NCBI GenBank assembly: GCA_030431755.1
Contig: JAUIIK010000001.1
Span: 42,184 to 106,183 of the forward strand
Reading direction: 5' to 3'
Origin: Chloroflexia bacterium
GTDB taxonomy: Bacteria; Chloroflexota; Chloroflexia; Thermomicrobiales; CFX8
DNA length: 64,000 nucleotides
Below the pieces are notes generated by a model. That model searched no databases and was not told where the DNA came from. It worked only from the letters and a program-made list of their open reading frames with translations. The position numbers were made by a program, and so were the translations under genes. Of the stretch, positions 7,388-16,854 are shown in pieces. The stretch's first letter is position 1. Each line of letters opens with the position of its first letter.

Positions 7388-10300
7388 AGATTGTGAACTG
7401 CGTCGGCTGCCGGGCGGATCATCGGGAAATCCAGTACCTCGTAGACGCGCGTTGGCCCGCTGACGAAGGCGAGCCGCAGTGACTCGCCGAGCATCGACTC
7501 GAATGCCTGCAAGCCCGCTTCGGAGGCGTAATACTCTGGAGCTTCCTGGTAGTTCCAGTAGCGTTCAACGTCGCCAACGACGACGTAGCGGACGTTATAG
7601 CGACGTAGCAGGTCGAGCTTCTCGGCAGGGACGGTCGAGTTGTAGATCGTCTTGACGTCGGCCATGCGTTTCGCGATGCCCTCTGGATAGCGTTGTTGGT
7701 ACTGGTGCCGGTCCCAGCCGATGACGGCCGGCATGCCGGTCGCGCTCGAAATGCGTGCGCCGTTGCCGCGATATGGGCCGATTCCGGCTTCGACGATGAC
7801 CGCTGTCTGGTCCTCCTGGCCGTTGAGCCAGTTGATCGCGTCCAAATCCCCGGCAAATGAGATCGTGTCGCCGGTTGCGTTCGTGATCCAGCCCTCTTCC
7901 ATCCAGGCGTAGCCATCAAGCGTCAGTGCGGAGGGGGACGTTGGCATGTCCTGACGTAGCCGTACCGGGGTCGCAAAGAAGGGATATGTCAACCCGGCCA
8001 CCAAGGCGACCACGCCGACGCCAGCGAACGCCGGACGGAGAAACCGTCGCCATTGACTTACCGTATGCGGCTCGGATCTTGCGTGTTCGGCCGGCGAAGC
8101 GACGATCCCCAATTGCTGGTTTGCGCCGCTGAGCGATGGCCAGGAGACTGAGCCCACTAGCCGCGCCAGCAGCACGCCGGAGCCGATTGCCAGAAGCATC
8201 CAGGCCTGGAGGTAGAACTTGAAGACCGTGTTCATCCGCTGCCATGAACCGTTCTGCAGGTCATCGACGACGTAGACGAACTCGGTCGAGGCTATCGTCA
8301 AACTCCCGACCGCGATGAACGCCCAGGGGAGAAAATAGCGCGGTTCCCGCCAGCGGCTTACGGCAAACATCGCGCTGTCGGCAGCAAGGCCAACCGCAAC
8401 GGCGGCGGCGGGCGCGGTCGGACTCAGGAATCCGGCTGCGACGACGAGCACGCATATCGCTACGACGGGCAGTGGATGCCGACCAAGCGGCCGCGTCGCC
8501 ATCGCCGCGCCGCCGATAGTCGCAATGACGAGCACAAGCGCAGCAAATACTTCACCGAGTGGCGCGCGTGCGAGTCCCGGCACGCCAATAATCGCACCCG
8601 GCGCGACTGCCGCGAGTCCCAATAGCAGCAAGGGCAACGCCTGCCGCGCACTGTCTGGTCTCGCCGTCGCAGTCAATCCACGGTACAGCATGACGGCTAC
8701 GACGACCATGAAGAAGACGCCCCAGACGGTCAGGAACTGGCGCAGGTTTGACCCAGCGTCGGCCCTTCCAACGCCTTCGACGACGCTATAGAAGTTCGTG
8801 TGAAATGGTAGGAACGCCGTGTAGCCGGCCGCGAGCACCACGCCTCCAGACAGCGCCAGCGTGAACGCAGCGCGAGTGGAGCGCAGCAGGCCGGCGTAGA
8901 AGAGTGTCGCAACCGTTACGGCGATCATCAGCGGCAGGTCCCAGGCGTTGATGACGAAGACACTACCGACCGCGAGCGCGCCAACGACGGCCAGCCCTAT
9001 CGCTCGATCAATCATCAGCGCATCAACTTGTAGCCCCTTGACATACGCGGTCGTTGCGACGAGGAGTGCCAGCGTTAACACGACAATTGGCATACCCATC
9101 AGATGCGGGTGCAGGTCCGCCCAGAGGAACGAGAAGTAGGGGAACTCGTTGATCGTGAAGTCGATGACGCGCGTGCTGCCCCAGAAGTCGAAGAAGTCCG
9201 GCACGTCGCGCCGCAGCTCAAGCACCTGTCGCAAGGCATCGAGGTTGCCCACGAAGAGCACGGCGACGAGCGCGAGTCCCGGCGCGAGGATCGCTCGGCC
9301 AATCCGCCCGGCCTCCCATCTGACACCGGAGAGCATCATCGCGACCAGCGCGACCTGCATCGCTAGCAACGCCGCGAGCGTCGGCACGGCAAGCTGGAAT
9401 GCGTGGGTCACGCCAACCCCGGGCACGCGGCCAATGGTGCTCACGAGATGCCAGCCGTAGTAGTAGTAGTTGATCGCGCCATCGCTGTACCAGGGATCGT
9501 AGGGCGGCATCTCGCCGGACGCCGCCACTGCGCGGAGATAGGCCAGCTCGAACGGCTTTTCGCCGCCGAGAAAGGTCTGCCAAAAATCTGGATACAGCGC
9601 GCGCGCCAACAGGAACGGAGCGAATACCGCCAGCATGAGCCCGGCAGCCAGACCGTAGGCTCGCAGTGATGGGAGGGCTGGCGCGCGCTTCGCATTGTCC
9701 CGCCACTGGAACCAACCCCAACAGGCGATGGCAAGCGCTGCGAGACACATCACAACGGTGGAGGTCGTTGCGCGCCAGAAGCCGAGGCTGGCCCCGATCC
9801 AGATGAGCCAACCGACGATGACGATGCCGACGAGTCTGGTCGCCAGCGCGCCGCGATCCGGCGTCCGGCTGAAGACGAGGGCACTCAACGGCAGAGCCGC
9901 CAGGCCAAAGAGCTCCAGCGCGATCAGCCAGACCAGGAGCGCGACCAACCCGCTGTCCACCGCCAACGCATTCCAGCCGATGTCGGCGACCGCCTCGCGT
10001 TCTCCAACTGGCTCATCGAGTAGGAGCCACTGCTGGGATGGATAGCGTTGCGGCTCCCACGGTTGATTGATGCCCCAGAGCAGCCGGTCGCGAAATTCCG
10101 CCTCGCTCAAGCGCTCAACACGCTCGAAGATCATGACCCGTGGGTGGTCGTATACCGTGAAGCTCTCATCGGCTCCGGAGTCGTCATAACGCACGCCGAA
10201 CAATTCTGGGCGCAGCTCTGCCTGGTACACAAGCTGGTAGCCGAGCTGCCCGTTGACCAAGCGCCGGTAGTACTCGTTCTGGACGCCGTAGCGCCAGGGC

Positions 10301-11847
10301 AGATTGTCAACGGAGTAGATCAAGCGATCGCTGGACATAACGACGTAGTCAACCGGCTCCAGTGCTTCGTAGAGGTAGCTGACTTTCTCCTCGGGTGGCA
10401 GGTCACCGTAGATGTCAAGCGACTGGATGTTGTAGCTACTCGTCTCGCCATCAATGCGTAACGGAAGAGCATCGTCCCATGACTCGGCGCTCAACGTCGC
10501 GCCCGGCTCGACGTTGTCGTAGATCCAGTGCGACGCGGCGATGCGCGGGTGCTCGCCGGAGTAGATCGAGCTGAACCCGAAGGCCCAGAGCGCCGTGACG
10601 CCGAGCACCACGACCGCCGCCGCCAGCGCCGTGCGTCGCGCCTCCGGCCGTTGCATCCAACTCCACAGCATCCCGCCGGCGAAGAGCGCAAAGACCGGCA
10701 ATAGTGGCAGCGCGTAGCGCAAGAAACGCGCCTCGGTGATGAGCAATGTTGGGATGTAGGCGACGATCCAGACAAGCGGTATCGCTAGCGCGACATCGCG
10801 CGATTTCGCCACCCGGAAGACCACGAAGGCAACGCCAGCAAGGCTTGCCAACAGGAGGGCCGGGCCAGCGGTATAGGCAAAGAGGTTCTGCAGCTCGTAG
10901 ACACCGGGTGTCAAGCCGACGAATTGACGGGTAAACGGGACGTCCCAGATCCCGCGCACGATACGCGCTTGCGTCCGGATATCTTGGATAAACGGTTCAC
11001 GGCGAATTAGCGCGTAGGGCTCGAAGAGCGTGAAGACCGCAAGCGCGGTCAGCGCGCCAGCGGCGGCTTGGCCGACGACGTGTTGCCGTCTGTCGGAGCG
11101 CCAAAACACCACACCGAAAGCCAGCAGCAACGGCCCCAACAGCGCCGGCACGCTCGCCTTAGTTGCGAAGGCGCAACCGACGACGATGCCGAGCAGCGCC
11201 GCGCGCTGTAGTGTCGGACGGTCCAAGTAGCGAATTGCAAGGAACAGTGCCGTCGTCACGAACGCTGTCAGCCACGGATCGACGGTGAAGTAGTGGCTCA
11301 GCTGGATTGGCAGCACTGCCAGCGCGTAGAGCGCCGCGCCGATCAATCCTGCGGCGTCGCCAAAGAGCCGCCGGCCGAGGAGAAAGACGACGACGAGGGT
11401 CACGAGATCAAGTAGAGCGGTGAGCGTGCGGCCGACGTGATACAGATCCCGGTATTCGCCGTATTGAGTATCGAAGACCAGGTCGATGGCCCAGCTCACC
11501 GCGCCCTGAACGTAGATCGGCAGCGTGCCGTAGGCAAATGACTGCGGGTTGCCGTTAGCATCGTCGCGGCGCGGGTTGATCGGGCTGTTGGCAGGATCGA
11601 AGACATCGCGCAGGCGGTCTGCCGGCAGCGTGACCCGGTCGCTGGAGACGCTGGCGATGAAGCGCTCATCGGGGTGCAGGTAATGGCCGTCGTCCCAATT
11701 CTGACCATAGAGGCGTAATCCCGCAGCGACGAACATGATCAACAGCAGCGCTAGCCAGGTCTTACTTAGGGTTGATAGACGCTGGGACATGGAGCTGGTT
11801 CCGACTCCCGGATAAGTACTAATCTCCGATGGCTCGTGTCGCTCCAT
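7384..11847 (-). CDS. Fusion of an N-terminal GT39/PMT_2(ArnT)-like glycosyltransferase module with a DUF2298 / YYY-domain module
   Basis: 1487 aa. The N-terminal ~600 aa have the GT-C loop-1 motif (YLHPDERF) and ArnT/PMT-like TM topology. The C-terminal ~850 aa are paralogous to the neighbour (AINYYYYGWH, INEFPYFSFLWADLHPHL, RMNTVFKFYLQAW). Confidence 0.85.
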   Translation of the reverse strand: MERHEPSEISTYPGVGTSSMSQRLSTLSKTWLALLLIMFVAAGLRLYGQNWDDGHYLHPDERFIASVSSDRVTLPADRLRDVFDPANSPINPRRDDANGNPQSFAYGTLPIYVQGAVSWAIDLVFDTQYGEYRDLYHVGRTLTALLDLVTLVVVFLLGRRLFGDAAGLIGAALYALAVLPIQLSHYFTVDPWLTAFVTTALFLAIRYLDRPTLQRAALLGIVVGCAFATKASVPALLGPLLLAFGVVFWRSDRRQHVVGQAAAGALTALAVFTLFEPYALIRREPFIQDIRTQARIVRGIWDVPFTRQFVGLTPGVYELQNLFAYTAGPALLLASLAGVAFVVFRVAKSRDVALAIPLVWIVAYIPTLLITEARFLRYALPLLPVFALFAGGMLWSWMQRPEARRTALAAAVVVLGVTALWAFGFSSIYSGEHPRIAASHWIYDNVEPGATLSAESWDDALPLRIDGETSSYNIQSLDIYGDLPPEEKVSYLYEALEPVDYVVMSSDRLIYSVDNLPWRYGVQNEYYRRLVNGQLGYQLVYQAELRPELFGVRYDDSGADESFTVYDHPRVMIFERVERLSEAEFRDRLLWGINQPWEPQRYPSQQWLLLDEPVGEREAVADIGWNALAVDSGLVALLVWLIALELFGLAALPLSALVFSRTPDRGALATRLVGIVIVGWLIWIGASLGFWRATTSTVVMCLAALAIACWGWFQWRDNAKRAPALPSLRAYGLAAGLMLAVFAPFLLARALYPDFWQTFLGGEKPFELAYLRAVAASGEMPPYDPWYSDGAINYYYYGWHLVSTIGRVPGVGVTHAFQLAVPTLAALLAMQVALVAMMLSGVRWEAGRIGRAILAPGLALVAVLFVGNLDALRQVLELRRDVPDFFDFWGSTRVIDFTINEFPYFSFLWADLHPHLMGMPIVVLTLALLVATTAYVKGLQVDALMIDRAIGLAVVGALAVGSVFVINAWDLPLMIAVTVATLFYAGLLRSTRAAFTLALSGGVVLAAGYTAFLPFHTNFYSVVEGVGRADAGSNLRQFLTVWGVFFMVVVAVMLYRGLTATARPDSARQALPLLLLGLAAVAPGAIIGVPGLARAPLGEVFAALVLVIATIGGAAMATRPLGRHPLPVVAICVLVVAAGFLSPTAPAAAVAVGLAADSAMFAVSRWREPRYFLPWAFIAVGSLTIASTEFVYVVDDLQNGSWQRMNTVFKFYLQAWMLLAIGSGVLLARLVGSVSWPSLSGANQQLGIVASPAEHARSEPHTVSQWRRFLRPAFAGVGVVALVAGLTYPFFATPVRLRQDMPTSPSALTLDGYAWMEEGWITNATGDTISFAGDLDAINWLNGQEDQTAVIVEAGIGPYRGNGARISSATGMPAVIGWDRHQYQQRYPEGIAKRMADVKTIYNSTVPAEKLDLLRRYNVRYVVVGDVERYWNYQEAPEYYASEAGLQAFESMLGESLRLAFVSGPTRVYEVLDFPMIRPAADAVHNL

Positions 11848-11926
11848 CGAACCTATACTCTACGTCAAGACAATGCAGTTTCCGCATATACGCCACGCCG
11901 TTCACGGTTAGCGGGGGTCCACGCGA

Positions 11927-12439
11927 ATGATACGCACATTGAAGGTCATTGTTGGCGGCGAAGGAGCAGTCGGAAAGACATCGCTCATCCGGCAATACGC
12001 GAAAGCCAAATTCAGCGAGGCACGCAACATCACGCTTGGGATTGACGTCACGACCCAGGAGTTCAACATCGACGGTCAAGACGTCAAGCTCGCCATCTGG
12101 GACATCGAGGGTCAGGCTGGCAACCGCCCGAACTTCTTCCTCGGCGCGCAGGCCGCGCTCCTCGTTTACGACACCACGATTGACGGCTCGCTCCAGGCGC
12201 TGACCGAGTGGCACGCGCGCTGCAAGCGCTATTGCCCCGACGCGCCGATCATCGTCGTCGGCAACAAGATCGACCTCGGCCTCTGGTTTCCCTCTGAGTG
12301 GCCGCGCACGCTGGCATGGTACTCTCGCGCGAAGCACGGCTTCCTGTCGGCGAAGACCGGCGAGAACGTCGGGCAGGGCTTCGAGCTGCTGGCCCGGTCG
12401 GCAATGAACCACGCGGGAGTGCTAGAGACGAGCGCCTGA
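11927..12439 (+). CDS. Ras-superfamily small GTPase (Rab/Rup-like)
   Basis: 170 aa with all five G motifs: G1 GGEGAVGKTS, G2 ITLGIDV, G3 WDIEGQ, G4 GNKIDL, G5 LSAKTG. Confidence 0.85.
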   Translation: MIRTLKVIVGGEGAVGKTSLIRQYAKAKFSEARNITLGIDVTTQEFNIDGQDVKLAIWDIEGQAGNRPNFFLGAQAALLVYDTTIDGSLQALTEWHARCKRYCPDAPIIVVGNKIDLGLWFPSEWPRTLAWYSRAKHGFLSAKTGENVGQGFELLARSAMNHAGVLETSA

Positions 12440-13368
12440 TCCACCGCATCGTATTTCTTGGATCGCCGGAGTTTGCCGTCCCGAGCTTGAACGAGCTGGC
12501 GGCCCATCCTGAGCTGGATGTCGTGCTGGTCGTGACCCAACCGGACCGGCCGGCTGGCCGTGGCCGCAAACTCACGCCACCGCCGGTCAAGCAGGCCGCG
12601 GAAGCGCTCGGCATACCGGTCTATCAGCCTGAATCCCTACGCACCGTTGATGCCTCCGCGCCGCTGCGGGAAGCCGCGCCGGATCTTCTTGTGGTTGTCG
12701 CATACGGCGAGATCCTGCGAAAGCATGTTCTCGACCTTGCGCCCGCCGGGGCGCTGAACGTCCATCCCTCGCTCCTGCCGCGCTATCGCGGTTCAGCGCC
12801 GGTGCGCGCCGCGATCCTCAACGGCGACGCTGAAACCGGTGTCACGATCATGCGTCTGGTGCGCAAGCTCGACGCTGGCCCCATCGTCCGGCAGGAACGC
12901 GTGCCATTGGCGGGAAACGAGGACGCGGAGAGCTTGTCCGACGAGCTCGCGAAGCTCGCGGCGGAGTTCCTGCCCGAGACATGCGTCAACTGGATCAACG
13001 GCTCGCTCGAGGCCGTAGAGCAGGACGACGCGCTTGCGACGATGACGCGCGAGTGGTCGCGGGATGACGCCCGCATCGACTGGACCGCCGATGCCGTCGA
13101 TACCGAGCGGCTGGTGCGAGCGTCACAACCGTGGCCGGTTGCGTGGACCATGCTGGACGGCGAGCCGTTTCGTATTCATCGCTCCGCCCTAGCGACTGGG
13201 TCGGGGCTTGCTGCCGGCACGGTTCGGCGGCAAGGGAAGAAGATCATCGTTGGCTGTGGCAGCGGCGTGCTTGAGCTCGTGAGCGTGCAACCCGCCGGCA
13301 AACGGGCGATGCCTGCGCCAGGCTGGTGGAACGGCGTCCGGCAGGATGAGGTCCAGTTCGACGCCTGA
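12436..13368 (+). CDS. fmt: Methionyl-tRNA formyltransferase (start uncertain)
   Basis: ..IHRIVFLGSPEFAVPSL.. and ..VVTQPDRPAGRGRKLTPPPVK.. are canonical Fmt. The conserved N-terminus begins at about 12436. The only candidate codon there is CTG (12436-12438), overlapping the GTPase TGA. The alternatives, GTG 12298 and ATG 16 nt further in, would add a ~40-aa non-conserved extension inside the GTPase gene. Confidence 0.8.
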   Translation: MIHRIVFLGSPEFAVPSLNELAAHPELDVVLVVTQPDRPAGRGRKLTPPPVKQAAEALGIPVYQPESLRTVDASAPLREAAPDLLVVVAYGEILRKHVLDLAPAGALNVHPSLLPRYRGSAPVRAAILNGDAETGVTIMRLVRKLDAGPIVRQERVPLAGNEDAESLSDELAKLAAEFLPETCVNWINGSLEAVEQDDALATMTREWSRDDARIDWTADAVDTERLVRASQPWPVAWTMLDGEPFRIHRSALATGSGLAAGTVRRQGKKIIVGCGSGVLELVSVQPAGKRAMPAPGWWNGVRQDEVQFDA

Positions 13369-13380
13369 GTGCGAAGCGGC

Positions 13381-13911
13381 CTACAACACAACATAATCCG
13401 GCATCTTTAGATTACGCCAGATAGAGTAGGGCGACTCGTCGCGCAAACGCGCTATGTACAGCGCCATTACCGTCCCGTGACTGACGATTCCCAACCTGCC
13501 TGAGACACACTGCGACATTTTTCGCGCCTCGTCGACAGCGCCGGCGAACCGCGTCAATGCCTGCGCCGCCGTCTCAAGTCCGAACACGAGTTCGTCGGGA
13601 GTCTCGAAGAACCGTTTCAGCTGCGCGTGCCAGGCATCTGCGCCCAACCACGGGAGCGCCTCCCGACCGTGTTCGCCCAGGTTTGGCACGGTCGACCAGG
13701 GAACATCGAGCGCGGCAGCGATTGCCTCCGCCGTGCCGGCAGCCTTTGGTTCCTCACTCGACACAAGCTGCTCGATATCGAACGCTCGCAGTTCTTCTCC
13801 GAGCCACATCGCCGCGGCTCGCCCATCTTGCGCGAGCGGCCACCGGGCAGCCGGGATCGACGGATCAACGTTCGGTTGCGCGTGCCGGATCAGAACAAGA
13901 TCGGCGCTCAT
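13381..13911 (-). CDS. Histidine phosphatase (phosphoglycerate mutase-like) family protein
   Basis: N-terminal LVLIRHAQP (RHG-type motif). 176 aa. ATGA overlap with the upstream gene. Confidence 0.7.
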   Translation of the reverse strand: MSADLVLIRHAQPNVDPSIPAARWPLAQDGRAAAMWLGEELRAFDIEQLVSSEEPKAAGTAEAIAAALDVPWSTVPNLGEHGREALPWLGADAWHAQLKRFFETPDELVFGLETAAQALTRFAGAVDEARKMSQCVSGRLGIVSHGTVMALYIARLRDESPYSIWRNLKMPDYVVL

Positions 13912-14933
13912 CTGTGTGGTTCTGGGAATGCTACTGACTCAACCACAAGGTTGCGTGCTGCGCCGCCAAACGGATCCTGCCATTGCCAGTCGCCGGCAAC
14001 CGACGCGAAGACGCGGCCACCCGAGCAGAGCGCCCAGACTTCGCCCTCTGGCGTCTCGACAAAGCGCTCGACCATGTCGTCCAGCGGCGTGTCGATGCCG
14101 GCGTTGAGCGGCTCCCACGATGCGCCTCGATCCCGCGTGCCAACGACCCAGCCGCCTTCGTTCGTGCGTGCCGCCGGCCCGGCGATCAGCCAGTCGGTGC
14201 TCGTTGACGGTATGTGGACGGCGCGGGTGTAGTGCGGCAGCAGCTTCGTCCAGGTCATCCCGTCGTCGCGTGAGACGGCGACACCGCCAATCTGGCGCGG
14301 CTCCATCAGCCACTCTCCATGTGTGCGGTCGACCAACGCGCCGCCGAGCGCCACGATGATGGCGTCGTCAATCGGATCGATCAGAACCTGGTGAACGTCG
14401 TCATGCACGCGCGGTCCGGGATCGACAGCCAGGAGCTCCCAGATCGCGCCCCGGTCAGAGCTCACCAGCAACCCGCCAACTTCGACCGAGGCATAGAGTG
14501 TGCCGTTCGCACTCGCCGCAAAGTTGCGGACCGCCCCGGCGCGCGGTGAGTAGGGTAGAAACCAGTCTTCTACACCCGACAGCTCGCAGATCGTCTCAAA
14601 CTCGTGCCAGCTTGCGCCAGTGTCAGCGCTGCGGAACACGCGCGCCGGTTCAGTTCCTGCCAGAATCGCGGTCCTGTCAAAGGGGTCGCGCTGCAAGGTC
14701 CTGAATGCGGCCGCCGTCAAGCCCGCGTTGGATGCGCTCCAGCTCGCTCCACCATCGCTACTTCTGAACATGCCAGAGCCATAAGAACCGGCCAATAGCG
14801 TTGTCTCGCCCACGTCTCCCGTACGCGCATACAGCGCCCAGATACGGTGCGCCTCCAAGCCCAGCCGCTCGATGCGTCCCGTAGCCCGGTCGAAGCCCCA
14901 AACACCGGAAGTCGTACCCAGGTACACCGTCAT
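13908..14933 (-). CDS. BNR/Asp-box repeat beta-propeller protein (sialidase-fold / Ycf48-like)
   Basis: Repeated S-x-D-x-G-x-(S/T)-W boxes: SSDGGASWS, SADTGASWHE, SSDRGAIWE, SRDDGMTWT, TRDRGASWE. Confidence 0.75.
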   Translation of the reverse strand: MTVYLGTTSGVWGFDRATGRIERLGLEAHRIWALYARTGDVGETTLLAGSYGSGMFRSSDGGASWSASNAGLTAAAFRTLQRDPFDRTAILAGTEPARVFRSADTGASWHEFETICELSGVEDWFLPYSPRAGAVRNFAASANGTLYASVEVGGLLVSSDRGAIWELLAVDPGPRVHDDVHQVLIDPIDDAIIVALGGALVDRTHGEWLMEPRQIGGVAVSRDDGMTWTKLLPHYTRAVHIPSTSTDWLIAGPAARTNEGGWVVGTRDRGASWEPLNAGIDTPLDDMVERFVETPEGEVWALCSGGRVFASVAGDWQWQDPFGGAARNLVVESVAFPEPHR

Positions 14934-15472
14934 GATGACGCTCCCTCACCGTTATCTCGATCGGTCAGCGCCACGATCCAACCTAGATGCTCGTCGTAGT
15001 GGAAAAAAGTATTGCCGGCGACGTAGGCGAACGCCGGAGCTCCGGGGCCATCGCCTGGTTCGTCTGGCGCAAAGTGCGCATAGGGTTGTTGCAGCCCATC
15101 CCAGCCGACATCCCGCAGCGTCGCGGTCAGTTGCTTATGCACCTCGTCGAACTCCGCGCGCACATCCGGCCAGTCCCGATCACGGTGCTGCCGGTAGATC
15201 TCAGCGTTGATCTCGTCGAAGTCGTGCGCTAGATAGGTCTCAAGCGCAACGCCGAGCCCTTCATGCCGAGGTCTGCCGGAGAGCAGATAGACCATTGACC
15301 GCTCCCAGTAGATGAGATGAGCAACGTGGTCCTTGGCGGACCAACCGGCCTGATCGCGCAGCTCGTCGCGTTCCTGTGACGTGAGACCGTCGACATACAA
15401 GAACAGCGCGGTGCGACCGCTCTCAATCCGCTCTTCTAGTTCGGTCAGGGACGTGGGATGCGCTTCAGCCAC
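14930..15472 (-). CDS. Hypothetical protein, DinB-like helical-bundle candidate
   Basis: 180-aa ORF with coding-like composition and His-containing helices (DHVAHLIYWE, FFHYDEHLGW). First gene of a three-gene ATGA-coupled set. Family call is tentative. Confidence 0.5.
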   Translation of the reverse strand: MAEAHPTSLTELEERIESGRTALFLYVDGLTSQERDELRDQAGWSAKDHVAHLIYWERSMVYLLSGRPRHEGLGVALETYLAHDFDEINAEIYRQHRDRDWPDVRAEFDEVHKQLTATLRDVGWDGLQQPYAHFAPDEPGDGPGAPAFAYVAGNTFFHYDEHLGWIVALTDRDNGEGASS

Positions 15473-15622
15473 TCGATCTTCCCTCCATACTCCGGTCCGG
15501 CGCGCCCGTGCGGAACGTCGAGCACGGGAATAGACGCAGGCCGCGGGCGTTGATAATCGTGTTCAAGATATTATCGTGACGAGGTCAGACAGACTACAGG
15601 ATCACTGGGAGAGGGGCACACG

Positions 15623-16165
15623 ATGGCAGGTAGCGCCAATCAGGCAGAGATCAATGAGCTGATGAAGCACGTCCGGCAATCACGCCAGTATGAAGCAGGC
15701 GCGGTGACGGAAGAGCAGGTCCAGCAGCTACTCGAGGTCGCGCAGTGGACCGGCAGCTCGCGCAACACGCAGCCCTGGCACTTCGTCGTCGTGAACGACG
15801 CGGATCAGCTGAAGGCGCTCAGCGATGTTCGCACTCCGATCAATTGGGTGGCCGACGCGCCGCTGGGCGTCGCAATCGTCCTCGACGGCAACAGCGAGGT
15901 CAGCGAAGCCTATGACGAGGGCCGGGTCACCGAGCGGCTGATGATCTCAGCGCACGCAATGGGCCTCGGCGCGGGCGTTGCCTGGTTCGGAGACGCCGAT
16001 CAGCAAGCGGAGGCCAAGCGTATTCTCGGGATACCGGCGGAGCGCACGGCGCGTTCGGTGGTCGCTATCGGCCCATCGAGGACCAGCAAGGACCCGCGTC
16101 CCAACCCGTCGCAGGGCGGCCGCAACCCGCTGTCCGAGATCGTCAGCTACAACAAGATGGACTAA
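15623..16165 (+). CDS. Nitroreductase family protein
   Basis: 180 aa with motifs SSRNTQPWHFVVV and a C-terminal GxG region typical of NfsA/NfnB-fold nitroreductases. Confidence 0.8.
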   Translation: MAGSANQAEINELMKHVRQSRQYEAGAVTEEQVQQLLEVAQWTGSSRNTQPWHFVVVNDADQLKALSDVRTPINWVADAPLGVAIVLDGNSEVSEAYDEGRVTERLMISAHAMGLGAGVAWFGDADQQAEAKRILGIPAERTARSVVAIGPSRTSKDPRPNPSQGGRNPLSEIVSYNKMD

Positions 16166-16190
16166 CACTTGACCAACGCGTGGGACTGAC

Positions 16191-16805
16191 GTGCCGGACG
16201 GTGATTCACTCGGATCATGGGAGCCGCTAGAGCCGGCTGCAGTCGCCCGGCTATTCGACGGCTTCAGCGAACCGTGGTGGGTTGGCGGCGGATGGGCGCT
16301 CGATCTGTTCCTCGGTCGTCATACGAGAGTTCACGAAGACATCGACGTGGAGATCCCGCATGCATCTCAGGCGGCGCTAGCAGCGCTGCTTGCCGGCTGG
16401 GATCTGCGGCTCGCGGCCGATGGCGTGTTGACGCCATGGCACCCCGAGACCGAGATCCCGGCCCACGTCAATAGCCTGTGGTGCCGACGCGCTGGGGGGC
16501 CCTGGCAGCTCCAGGTGATGTTGGCAATGACGGAAGGTGAGCAGTGGCTCTACCGCCGCGATCACCGCATCCGCCGCGCCCTGACTGAGGTCTATAGTCT
16601 GTCGGATGACGGCATTCCCTACGTTGCGCCTGAGATCCAGCTACTCTTCAAATCAAAGTCACCGCGACCGAAAGATGAGCGGGATTTCGAGGCCGTGGCC
16701 GGCATGCTTTCACCAGCGCAGCGGGACTGGCTAGAAGCCGCATTGGGCATGACCGCGCCTGACCATCCCTGGCTGGAGCAGTTGCTAGTGTTTGGCAACA
16801 CATGA
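16191..16805 (+). CDS. Nucleotidyltransferase related to aminoglycoside 2''-adenylyltransferase (ANT(2'')-like)
   Basis: WWVGGGWALDLFLGRHTRVHEDIDVEI matches the ANT(2'')-Ia signature (WIGGGWAIDARLGRVTRKHDDIDL, recalled from memory). 204 aa. Confidence 0.6.
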   Translation: MPDGDSLGSWEPLEPAAVARLFDGFSEPWWVGGGWALDLFLGRHTRVHEDIDVEIPHASQAALAALLAGWDLRLAADGVLTPWHPETEIPAHVNSLWCRRAGGPWQLQVMLAMTEGEQWLYRRDHRIRRALTEVYSLSDDGIPYVAPEIQLLFKSKSPRPKDERDFEAVAGMLSPAQRDWLEAALGMTAPDHPWLEQLLVFGNT

Positions 16806-16854
16806 CTTGCTCGACTATCTGATACCGATTCACGGTGAGATTGTCGCGATCGAT

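Noticed and set aside
12298-12435. Upstream GTG/ATG starts for fmt
   Set aside because: They would add about 40 non-conserved residues translated from within the GTPase gene. Fmt proteins normally begin a few residues before the (R)IVF(L/M)G(T/S)PEFA motif. The exact start remains unresolved because only CTG is available there.
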